From: a virus | Taxonomy: Duplodnaviria > Caudoviricetes | Length of the DNA stretch: 39,408 nt | Direction: 5' to 3' (one strand) | Virus record (IMG/VR): IMGVR_UViG_3300023174_000335 | Location: 1-39,408 of that record | In this document: piece by piece, positions 1-7,578 of the stretch | How the letters are laid out: each line of letters starts with the position of its first letter | Numbering within the stretch: position 1 is the stretch's first letter | Program-made: the position numbers and the translations under genes | The notes under the pieces: model-generated | What the model saw: only the letters and a program-made list of their open reading frames with translations | Databases searched by the model: none | What the model was told of the DNA's origin: nothing

Positions 1-898
1 TTTCTATTAAATCAACTCTGTTATGAGGTTGATATACCATTTTGAAAAATTTAGATTGTATACTGCCCAATGTAGCCACACTTAAATCTAAATTGTTGAC
101 TAGTTCTTTAGCATAAAAATCTAATCGTTCAACAACATCGACTTCTTTAACTTGACTATGCCACATATCAGTCAAATAGTCAAAATCTCGCACATTACGA
201 TAGTCCCAATCAGTTAAATTGGTCAAGTAACAGCCGTGTCTGGCGCCCATCATGGCCCATACGCCGTTGTCAACATCACTGCCAATATTACACCAAATCA
301 TTAGTCTATGTAAATTTTTCCAATGTACGCCTTCTTTTACAGTGACTTTGGTTAGCTTGGCACCGCGGTCTAGACTCATTTTTACACCTTCTCTAAACCC
401 TGCTCGCCATGCTTGAAAAGGTGTGGCATTGTTATGCACATCACTATAACACCCATTCATTTGAATATATTGATTATCCCAACAGAAATCAACCTGACCT
501 ACGCTATCTTTAGGATCAGCATTTTCGTGTGTACGCATATTCATCACAAAGTCCACGGTCCAACATTTCAATCCGCCATTGCCATACATTAGACCATTGA
601 TAATATTATAACCACTCCAACTGATTACGCTGTTTTCTAAATTGGGATATTTGGCTATGTCTATTTCTATGTTTAGAAAATCTGGACGAATTATATTGTC
701 GCCGTCTACTGTGGTAAATCTTGGAGTTTCGCTTAATCGAGCACAGGCTTTATGGGCGCTGTCACTGCCTTTGACTCCATGTACACGTTTGGCCCAAGGT
801 ACTTTGGTCAATAAATCTGCATAATTCTTCTCAGCATTGGGCTCATCATAACTGAGATATATGATATCATAATCGAGTGGTCTGAATATTTTTGTCAT
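1..898 (-). CDS. Glycosyltransferase-like (GT-A fold, DxD) phage protein, truncated at the window start
   Basis: Absent from the ORF track; translated by hand. The ATG at 898-896 overlaps the TGA of the upstream gene (ATGA) and the frame stays open to position 2. It reads MTKIFRPLDYDIIYLSYDEPNAEKNY...RVHGVKGSDSAHKACARLSETPRFTTVDGDNII...NGLMYGNGGLKCW...AWRAGFREGVKMSL. The beta-strand/helix start and the hydrophobic-VDGD motif fit a GT-A nucleotide-sugar-binding fold. Confidence 0.7.
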   Translation of the reverse strand, partial: MTKIFRPLDYDIIYLSYDEPNAEKNYADLLTKVPWAKRVHGVKGSDSAHKACARLSETPRFTTVDGDNIIRPDFLNIEIDIAKYPNLENSVISWSGYNIINGLMYGNGGLKCWTVDFVMNMRTHENADPKDSVGQVDFCWDNQYIQMNGCYSDVHNNATPFQAWRAGFREGVKMSLDRGAKLTKVTVKEGVHWKNLHRLMIWCNIGSDVDNGVWAMMGARHGCYLTNLTDWDYRNVRDFDYLTDMWHSQVKEVDVVERLDFYAKELVNNLDLSVATLGSIQSKFFKMVYQPHNRVDLIE

Positions 899-1557
899 AT
901 TTTTGTTCTAATATATTGATATTTTTCAAAGATTTTTCTTGCATATACACTAACTCTAACTTCGTCTTTGTCTATTTGATCAAACGGTAATATGCAATAA
1001 TAGTTATTAATTAACTCGGTCATAGGGATACGTAATGTTTTATAAAGTATGTTAGGATCGTTGAATTCTGTTACATAAAACTCATATATTTGATCAAAAT
1101 ATAATTTTTTACTTTGTAAAGATCGAGCCAATGAACCATTAATGTATACTTTCCAACAAGTATCTGTGTAATCTTGTACAACAGTAATATCATTAGTGGG
1201 ATCATATTCTAAAGGAACACTAGTGTCTATTAAAGGAGTAAATTGAAATATCACATCATGAATACTGTGCAATACTTCTTCCTGTTCATCTAATCTTATA
1301 AACGCATAATCCTTAGAATCTGGACTGAATACAACTTTATAATTACGCATAACGTCTGTGCCTTCTAGTAAGTTTTTAACTTGACTAAAAGTCACAGTAA
1401 CAGATGGCAATGTTTGATCATTAGCCATATTGGATATGCCTTTTATTTCACCAGTTTCAGGTTCATAAAAGACAAATCTAAAATCATCTTGTTTAATTTT
1501 ATTATCGTAAGATTTTAAATCTTCTTCAGTAATATCCCATTCTACTTGTAACAGCAT
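895..1557 (-). CDS. Hypothetical protein (220 aa) inside the glycosyltransferase cluster
   Basis: Intact ORF, abutting the upstream gene (TAA ATG) and overlapping the downstream gene (ATGA). No motif recognised. Confidence 0.8.
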   Translation of the reverse strand: MLLQVEWDITEEDLKSYDNKIKQDDFRFVFYEPETGEIKGISNMANDQTLPSVTVTFSQVKNLLEGTDVMRNYKVVFSPDSKDYAFIRLDEQEEVLHSIHDVIFQFTPLIDTSVPLEYDPTNDITVVQDYTDTCWKVYINGSLARSLQSKKLYFDQIYEFYVTEFNDPNILYKTLRIPMTELINNYYCILPFDQIDKDEVRVSVYARKIFEKYQYIRTKI

Positions 1558-2400
1558 TTAACTTATTCCTGTAATTTTTTCTAATTGATTTATTATATGG
1601 TCTGTTAAAAAACTATATTCTGTATAGTGAAATAATCCATGTTGTTGATAATTGCCTATTTTAAGTTCACAATTTTTGTTAAAATATGCCCCAATGCTAT
1701 CTTGCCAAGATTCAGTAGGGCTCTCCCAATTTTGAATCATGGGTTTCATATGCGTAAAAGTTACGGGTGCATTTTTATGACTAACTAGATTTTCGCAATT
1801 TAGAATTTTAGCAGCCAAACTAGCAGTCACATCCATACTGGGCAATTTTGGATAATTTACATTGACATAACGACCATAAAACAATTCCCAATTATTGCTG
1901 ATATCCTCTACCCAATTAAAATATTCCTTTGCATAATCGCTCTTTTTAAAATAAGCAGCACCAAAATAAAAATTTGGTAAATTATTACTGTCAAATGTTT
2001 TTCTGTAATATCTTCCAGTTACAATTTTTCCTCTATAGTCTAATACATTACTGGTTAAAAATACATCATAGTTTTTTAAATATTCCCACCAAATATCCAA
2101 GTTAGAAAACGCCAACATGTCGGCGTCTAACACAATAGTTTCATCATATGGGCTACAATGATAGAGTTTCCATCTATCTTCTGTCTTAAAAAATGTAGTT
2201 GTTTTATTTCTATCACGCCATGGCACTGGCACAATTTGGTCAAATACCAAACGATATTTTTCAGGAATTTTGTTGTCAGTGACTAAACTTATATCAGCAT
2301 TGGGCATGTGATTTTTTATGCTCAGTGCCAATGCATAAGCAGATCTTGTATATTTCTTTAACTTGGCATCTTCAGCGAATATCAAAAATCCTTTAGACAT
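1558..2400 (-). CDS. Glycosyltransferase, GT-A fold (GT8-like), 280 aa
   Basis: N-terminal KGFLIFA...AYALALSIK...ISLVTD, the signature SPYDETIVLDADML (DxD), then FGAAYFKK, a D-x-x-x-S-L-A helix and FTHMK. This layout is typical of GT8-like GT-A enzymes. Confidence 0.8.
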   Translation of the reverse strand: MSKGFLIFAEDAKLKKYTRSAYALALSIKNHMPNADISLVTDNKIPEKYRLVFDQIVPVPWRDRNKTTTFFKTEDRWKLYHCSPYDETIVLDADMLAFSNLDIWWEYLKNYDVFLTSNVLDYRGKIVTGRYYRKTFDSNNLPNFYFGAAYFKKSDYAKEYFNWVEDISNNWELFYGRYVNVNYPKLPSMDVTASLAAKILNCENLVSHKNAPVTFTHMKPMIQNWESPTESWQDSIGAYFNKNCELKIGNYQQHGLFHYTEYSFLTDHIINQLEKITGIS

Positions 2401-4360
2401 TTAATTCCTCATTTAATATTCTGCTTATACTGAATTTATTCATTACATGCACATTAATACCTTTAGTTTTCATAATGGTATACTCTCCTCGATATTTTTC
2501 TTTTTCAACTAAAAATTTCATCTCAGTATCAAAGTGTTCAAGTAGTATATCTTTGTCAATGGTATAGTACAATTTTCCTGGTAAATCATGTGCCCATGTG
2601 CCATTTTGATAACCATTCATAACATGTATAGCAATGCTAAAAGCAAAATCATTTCTATATAGTCCTTGCTCAATTTGATAGATATATCTATAATAATTCC
2701 AATTTTCTTGTATATGCCCTAGGTAATTAAAAAAGATTTCTGTATTTTTATTTTTTCTAAAAAAGAACACAGTGGCCCAATAAAAATCAATACTCTTATC
2801 ACTTAAGGTAACTAGTCTTGGATCGTATCTATAACCACTAAGATCCACAGCCTGTTTATGTATTAAGAAATCATGAGGTTGTTGCCAGCAATATTTTAGT
2901 ATGTCATTGTTGATTAGATAGTCACAGTCAATGACCAATGTTTCATCAAAAGGACTTAATTCAAAACTTTTTACACGAATATCATTTTTAAACCTTAGTT
3001 TTTTATGAGTCATTGCACCATCAAAATATTGACGATACTGTGGAGCAGAATCGTATACTAAAAATCTTTCTTTGGTATCTTCCCACAAATCGTATCTAAT
3101 TTTATCTTTACTACTTTGTGCAATGTCATAATTGATCAATGACATCCATAAAACTCTTTCATGGAATAATATATCACCTTTGGTAAATTTAGTTAATTGC
3201 GTTAATTCGTTAACGTTTTCTAAAACGATATCATACTGATCACTACTAAATTCCTCTTGTTCTTCGTATTCAGTATGACATCTATATAATGTATTTTCAT
3301 ACCAAACGTGTTGTCCTACCAAGTAGGGTAATTTAGGGTACCATTTATCAATGTCTATACCTTCATAAACCCTAGTAAAATTATCCTCAATCTTATAAGT
3401 TTTTTGAATATTAGTTACAGTTTCTTTTTTTCTTTTTCCAGCAATATCACTCATCCACAAAGTACGATTAAAAAGAATAATATCCCCTTTAGATATTTCT
3501 TCTATAATATCTCCATCTTGAACATTTTCTAATATGATATCATATTGGCCAATACTAAACTCTTCTTTTTCTTCGTATTCAGTATGACATCTGTATAAAG
3601 TATTTTCATACCAAACATGCTGCCCTACCAAATAAGGCAAATTAGGGTACCATTTGTCAATGTCAATACCTTCGTAAACTGGTTCAAAATCTTCAATTTT
3701 ATATGTTATAATTTCTGTTTTTATATCAAACTTGCTCATCCAAAGACTGCGATTAAACAAAACAATATTTCCTTTGAATATTTTTTCTATAATATCGCCG
3801 TCCTGAACTTTATCAATTAATGAAATATATTTGTCTTTACTAAATGTTTCACCTTCAGTATATTGAATTGCACATCTATATAAAGTATTTTCATACCAAA
3901 CATGTTGCCCTACCAAATAAGGTAGATTTGGGTACCATTTGTCAACGTCAATACCTTCGTAAACTGCATCAAAGTCTTCTTGATTAAAAGAATATGTAGT
4001 TTCTTTAACAACCTCAATTTCTGCCTTTTCAACAACATCAACTACATCAACAACATCAACAATTTCAGGACCCTCATTGACTTTACGCCATACAGTGCCA
4101 TTATAAAAGGCCAAACTACCTACAGGATATTGCCATGTCGATGTCCAAGGCGAAACTTCAGCTTGGTGTACAACCTTTATAACCATGTCAACATCATCTT
4201 TGTAATTGGGATATTGTTTGTATAACCAATCAGCACTATCTGTGACTAAGGCCACAGGAACTCCTAAATATTTTTTTACTCGTCTTGCAGCATTTAAGGC
4301 CAACTTAGCATAGTCAATCTGCTCATTATTTAGAGCATAGATTAGGACTCCTTTGCTCAT
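2393..4360 (-). CDS. GT8-like glycosyltransferase interrupted by a ~370-aa insert of tandem CBM5/12-like (chitin-binding type 3-like) modules, 655 aa
   Basis: Residues 1-~66 (MSKGVLIYA...VALVTD) and ~441-655 (SPFDETLVIDCDYL, WATVFFFRK, RNDFAFSIAIHVM, HVMNK) align by eye with the 280-aa neighbour. The intervening region holds W-x5-Y-x2-G-x2-V-x-Y-x3-Y/W modules. Confidence 0.75.
   Translation of the reverse strand: MSKGVLIYALNNEQIDYAKLALNAARRVKKYLGVPVALVTDSADWLYKQYPNYKDDVDMVIKVVHQAEVSPWTSTWQYPVGSLAFYNGTVWRKVNEGPEIVDVVDVVDVVEKAEIEVVKETTYSFNQEDFDAVYEGIDVDKWYPNLPYLVGQHVWYENTLYRCAIQYTEGETFSKDKYISLIDKVQDGDIIEKIFKGNIVLFNRSLWMSKFDIKTEIITYKIEDFEPVYEGIDIDKWYPNLPYLVGQHVWYENTLYRCHTEYEEKEEFSIGQYDIILENVQDGDIIEEISKGDIILFNRTLWMSDIAGKRKKETVTNIQKTYKIEDNFTRVYEGIDIDKWYPKLPYLVGQHVWYENTLYRCHTEYEEQEEFSSDQYDIVLENVNELTQLTKFTKGDILFHERVLWMSLINYDIAQSSKDKIRYDLWEDTKERFLVYDSAPQYRQYFDGAMTHKKLRFKNDIRVKSFELSPFDETLVIDCDYLINNDILKYCWQQPHDFLIHKQAVDLSGYRYDPRLVTLSDKSIDFYWATVFFFRKNKNTEIFFNYLGHIQENWNYYRYIYQIEQGLYRNDFAFSIAIHVMNGYQNGTWAHDLPGKLYYTIDKDILLEHFDTEMKFLVEKEKYRGEYTIMKTKGINVHVMNKFSISRILNEELNV
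3140..3964 (-). repeat. Three intragenic direct repeats (periods 285 and 309 nt) encoding VYEGID(V/I)DKWYP(N/K)LPYLVGQHVWYENTLYRC...KG(D/N)I(I/V/L)...LWMS
   Basis: Repeat starts (GTT Val codon on the minus strand) are at 3964, 3679 and 3370. The ~95-nt cores are near-identical, with mostly synonymous differences. Confidence 0.95.
4029..4063. repeat. 9-nt tandem repeat (TCAAC[A/T]ACA, about 4 copies) encoding an IVDVVDVVDVVE linker
   Basis: Plus-strand text tcaacaaca tcaactaca tcaacaaca tcaacaat. Confidence 0.85.
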
Positions 4361-4704
4361 TGAGTCAATGCCTCTACACTTCTATTCTTTTTAAGCAATT
4401 GATAATCGTTATAATAACTGTTTGAAGCAATAAAATATTGATCAATTGCATCATCTAAAAATTGCTGTAAATCATTAACCCTAACTGGCAAATCGTTATC
4501 GTCTATTACCACAATGTCGGTGGTGTTGCCCATGTCAATCAGAGTTTTTAGAAAAGTAATGAGATCTTTGGTGATTGTAAACGTTCCACCATTTTGGTAG
4601 TACACACAATCAGTATGGTATTTTTCTTTTAGTGCTCGTTTTTGATTGTTTAGAGTCACCATAAAATTGGCAAACTCCAGAGCCTTTTCCAGTCTTTCGT
4701 CCAT
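4357..4704 (-). CDS. Hypothetical protein (115 aa), first gene of the glycosyltransferase cluster; possibly a tail-fibre-assembly-type protein
   Basis: Intact ORF with a GGGAG Shine-Dalgarno 5 nt before ATG and an ATGA overlap with the 655-aa gene. Its helix-strand-helix layout is loosely reminiscent of DUF4376/fibre chaperones (weak). Confidence 0.75.
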   Translation of the reverse strand: MDERLEKALEFANFMVTLNNQKRALKEKYHTDCVYYQNGGTFTITKDLITFLKTLIDMGNTTDIVVIDDNDLPVRVNDLQQFLDDAIDQYFIASNSYYNDYQLLKKNRSVEALTQ

Positions 4705-4707
4705 AGA

Positions 4708-4744
4708 AACTCCCGCAGTGTATATTAATTATCTGCTAGGAGTT
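4708..4744 (-). promoter_or_regulatory. Stem-loop sequestering the RBS of the 115-aa gene, with a late-promoter-like ATAATTA in the loop
   Basis: Minus strand reads AACTCC-T-A-GCAG [ATAATTAATATACA] CTGC-G-GGAGTT TCT ATG. This gives an 11-bp stem with one G-U pair and one bulge, and the 3' arm contains the SD. Confidence 0.6.
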
Positions 4745-4757
4745 GATGTTAGAAAAT

Positions 4758-5693
4758 TTATGGTGCGCCAGTAGTAGCTATTGTAGGTGCATTAACCTGC
4801 ACATTAGAACCAGTAGCACGATAATGTTGTATAAGACTAGTAGTAGTGCCGCCAACGTATTCATCAAAGTTGTTAAGACCAGAAGAAGCATACCCAGCAT
4901 CGTTATATTTAATACTTAAAGTTAAAACACTGGCAGTTCCTGTGCTATTATTAGCCACATTACATGAAGCGTCTATGCTAAAGATATTTCCTATATAAGT
5001 AGCAGCACTAGTATATAAAAAAACTTGTTGCGGTGAACTAGTTAAACTATACCAACCTATACTAGATCCAGTAACATTGGCTGTTGTATTAGTATATCCA
5101 AATTTTACGGTACCAACAGTAGTAAATAAACTGCTCCAGAAATTGCCTTTTATAAGATAATCGCCACTCGCACCTATTGTACTATGACTAGGCACTATTC
5201 TTATTTCCCCACCTGCATTGAAAAAGTATCTAGCATTGGCGGCGTCGGCAAAAGTTACAGTCACGGTATGAGTACGTAGCCCGTTCCAATTAGCAAAGGT
5301 TGGAGCTACTCCTTCTGTTGCTGTTGCTTGATTAGCACTTAATGCAAATCTATTAGTGTTTAAAGTGTCTGCTTGAGTTTTATAAGTGTTCCATTCGCTA
5401 TAGCTAATAGTGCCGCCAGCTGATATACTAGGTGCTGTGCTAGCTGAAAAAGTTTGATGATAAGAAATCTTATCTAAGTCAGTTTTTAAATTTTGCATCT
5501 GACTAGCTGTTATAGCAGTGCCAGCAGCAATTTGACTGCTACTCACTGTTTGTCCATATCCAGCTTGGCTACTTAAAGTAGCCGGACCACTTCCAGTGCC
5601 TAATACATTAGCCACAATTGTTTGAATAGCATTGTAATCCGCTAGATAAATCGTGTCGCCAGTTGCTTTTGGAAATACACCTGCTGTGGCCAT
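4758..5693 (-). CDS. Ser/Thr/Ala/Gly-rich putative virion structural (fibre/adhesin-like) protein, 311 aa
   Basis: Composition is typical of virion proteins. Three short N-terminal repeats (GDTIYLADYNAI / GTAITASQMQNL / GGTISYSEWNTY) precede a beta-rich C-terminus. It has a GAGAGGA SD and its own late promoter. Confidence 0.7.
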   Translation of the reverse strand: MATAGVFPKATGDTIYLADYNAIQTIVANVLGTGSGPATLSSQAGYGQTVSSSQIAAGTAITASQMQNLKTDLDKISYHQTFSASTAPSISAGGTISYSEWNTYKTQADTLNTNRFALSANQATATEGVAPTFANWNGLRTHTVTVTFADAANARYFFNAGGEIRIVPSHSTIGASGDYLIKGNFWSSLFTTVGTVKFGYTNTTANVTGSSIGWYSLTSSPQQVFLYTSAATYIGNIFSIDASCNVANNSTGTASVLTLSIKYNDAGYASSGLNNFDEYVGGTTTSLIQHYRATGSNVQVNAPTIATTGAP

Positions 5694-5707
5694 CTTAAAT
5701 CCTCTCT

Positions 5708-5716
5708 ATATTTATA
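5708..5716 (-). promoter_or_regulatory. T4-type (gp55) late promoter TATAAATA(T)
   Basis: Exact T4 late consensus TATAAATA at 5716-5709, overlapping the TAA stop of the 611-aa gene and lying ~15 nt upstream of the next ATG. Confidence 0.75.
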
Positions 5717-7547
5717 AGATTATACATTCTACTAATTTAATACCAGCTTCGACATTGGTCTCCAATGCAATAGCAAATGCATCGTTGTGGTTACCAAATG
5801 CTTGGGCTGTGCCATTAGGAGCTGCTACTAATCTTTGACCTTTGACGACACTGCCATTAACTTTGACTGGCACACGCCCTTTCAGCGCAACTGCTACACC
5901 GCCCTCTAATTCACTATTCATCAAATAAGCAGGGCTTTCAGATACAACACCTATGGCACGAAATCCTGTTTGTGCTGCTGTAACTTCTTTGTCTCCGCCA
6001 ACCATTAATACTGTACCAATTTCATAGTTAGCATCTGGCAAGTATTTTTCTGCCAAGTCTGCATATTTTGCTGATGTTGAAACTCCATTAAAAGTGGTAC
6101 ATCTTAGCGTATTTGTACTTGGATTATAGGTAAAAGTATCGTCATCAACCCTTAATATTTCACTGTTAGTTTTTCCACTGGTAAATGTGACATAAAATTC
6201 AGCATTGGTACTTGTAGTATTAGTGACTCCAATTTTTTCAGCTTCACCTACATTAAACAATGCACTCAACGAAGTCCAAGTTGGCAATCCATCTTTAACT
6301 GCTAATACTTGATTCGAGGTCCCAATATTTAAAAAGTTGGTTAAATTTTGTGAGCTTTGATAAACTAGAGATCCACTTGCGCCGCCACTGATTGTGCTAG
6401 TAGCATCTACAAGACCAATAAATCTGCGGGCTGTGATATCACCGTTGCCATCTCTAACAGCTACAGTATTGATTGTTGCTCCAGTTGCCCCAGTTCTATA
6501 AGTTCCGCCAACATTTAAAAAATTTGCTCTTGAAGAAGTCCCATCCAAATCACCATACAAATCAGTAGCATAAATTTTACTAAATTTATTATCATTTGAT
6601 CCTATAGTGCTATATTCAGAGCCAGGCAATATAGCCAAGCCTTGTAATTTCATTGGTAGTTTTTCTGTTGTTCCGCCACCTTGAACATTTACTGTGGTTT
6701 TAAAAATTATAGGTTTATCAGCAGAATTATTCTTAATGACAGTATTAGCAGTATTATCAATGAAAACAGCTAGATTATTATTGTCTCCAACAGTAAAACC
6801 TGGATCATTAAATCTTGTTAAATTAACAAAGCTTGGAGTTCCTACTTTTATAAAATCAGTATCAATAAATCCATTTAATTTCGTTGCATTTGATGCTGTT
6901 CCCCAATAGACATAGTCGTTTAGTGAAATACCATTACTAGGGGTATTAGCTAATGTTATTCCCTTTTTAATTGTGGTAAAAATTGGTAGCCCATTTTCAA
7001 CAAGATCAACGTCTAGATCAATTGTTGGCAATGTAAATGCTGTTTTACTTATGATAAAAATAACCTTGCCATCAATAATACCTTTGATGATTGGATGTGG
7101 GTCACCTTGATTATCATCAACACTACTACTTTTAAGCTCTGTAGTCTGTGCATTTTGTACTGCCTGTGGACCAATAAGAACAAAGTTATCGTCTCCAGAG
7201 CAGCTATATAGCTGATTAGTTTCAGTATTGTACCAAAAATCACCTACTGATAATCCACTTGGTTTTAAATTTCCTATCTCAGTGCCGCCAGCGCTTTTAA
7301 ATTTATTACCATCGAAAAATTTTAATTTTTTAACACGAGTGTCATACCAAATTTGACCTGTAATTTTTCTAGGCGGTTCTGTTCCACTGGCAAAATTTTC
7401 TAAAAGATGGACTAGATTTTCATTTTGAACTTCGCCATACCCAGCATAATTCCTTCCAATTAGACTGATGTCTAATGTGTTATCCACAGTGCCGTCTTCT
7501 ACAACAGCTACCAGTGTACCATCATATTTGTTAATATTATATGGCAT
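5712..7547 (-). CDS. Tail fibre/spike protein with C-terminal intramolecular-chaperone autocleavage domain (peptidase G2-like), 611 aa
   Basis: Carries the shared fibre N-terminus (LIGRNYAGYGEVQNENLVHLLENFAS...GQIWYD). The C-terminus SAKYADLAEKY...IGVVSESPAYLMN...VALKGRVPVKV...KGQRLV matches the ADxAE-type chaperone/peptidase of phi29 gp12-like appendages. Confidence 0.75.
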   Translation of the reverse strand: MPYNINKYDGTLVAVVEDGTVDNTLDISLIGRNYAGYGEVQNENLVHLLENFASGTEPPRKITGQIWYDTRVKKLKFFDGNKFKSAGGTEIGNLKPSGLSVGDFWYNTETNQLYSCSGDDNFVLIGPQAVQNAQTTELKSSSVDDNQGDPHPIIKGIIDGKVIFIISKTAFTLPTIDLDVDLVENGLPIFTTIKKGITLANTPSNGISLNDYVYWGTASNATKLNGFIDTDFIKVGTPSFVNLTRFNDPGFTVGDNNNLAVFIDNTANTVIKNNSADKPIIFKTTVNVQGGGTTEKLPMKLQGLAILPGSEYSTIGSNDNKFSKIYATDLYGDLDGTSSRANFLNVGGTYRTGATGATINTVAVRDGNGDITARRFIGLVDATSTISGGASGSLVYQSSQNLTNFLNIGTSNQVLAVKDGLPTWTSLSALFNVGEAEKIGVTNTTSTNAEFYVTFTSGKTNSEILRVDDDTFTYNPSTNTLRCTTFNGVSTSAKYADLAEKYLPDANYEIGTVLMVGGDKEVTAAQTGFRAIGVVSESPAYLMNSELEGGVAVALKGRVPVKVNGSVVKGQRLVAAPNGTAQAFGNHNDAFAIALETNVEAGIKLVECIIL

Positions 7548-7565
7548 TCCCTAAACCCCTTTAGA

Positions 7566-7573
7566 ATATTTAT
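7566..7573 (-). promoter_or_regulatory. Late promoter motif ATAAATAT
   Basis: Lies in the 31-nt gap upstream of the 611-aa gene, followed by an AAAGGGG SD-like tract. Identical to the motif in four other gaps. Confidence 0.65.
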
Positions 7574-7578
7574 CAAAA

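Noticed and set aside
3140-3964. Repeats as template/variable regions of a diversity-generating retroelement
   Set aside because: All copies are in-frame within one gene, differences are mainly synonymous rather than adenine-specific, and there is no reverse transcriptase in the window.
3040-4165. GT insert as an intein or intron
   Set aside because: I found no terminal His-Asn followed by Cys/Ser/Thr and no LAGLIDADG motifs. The frame is open and the insert consists of repeated small modules.
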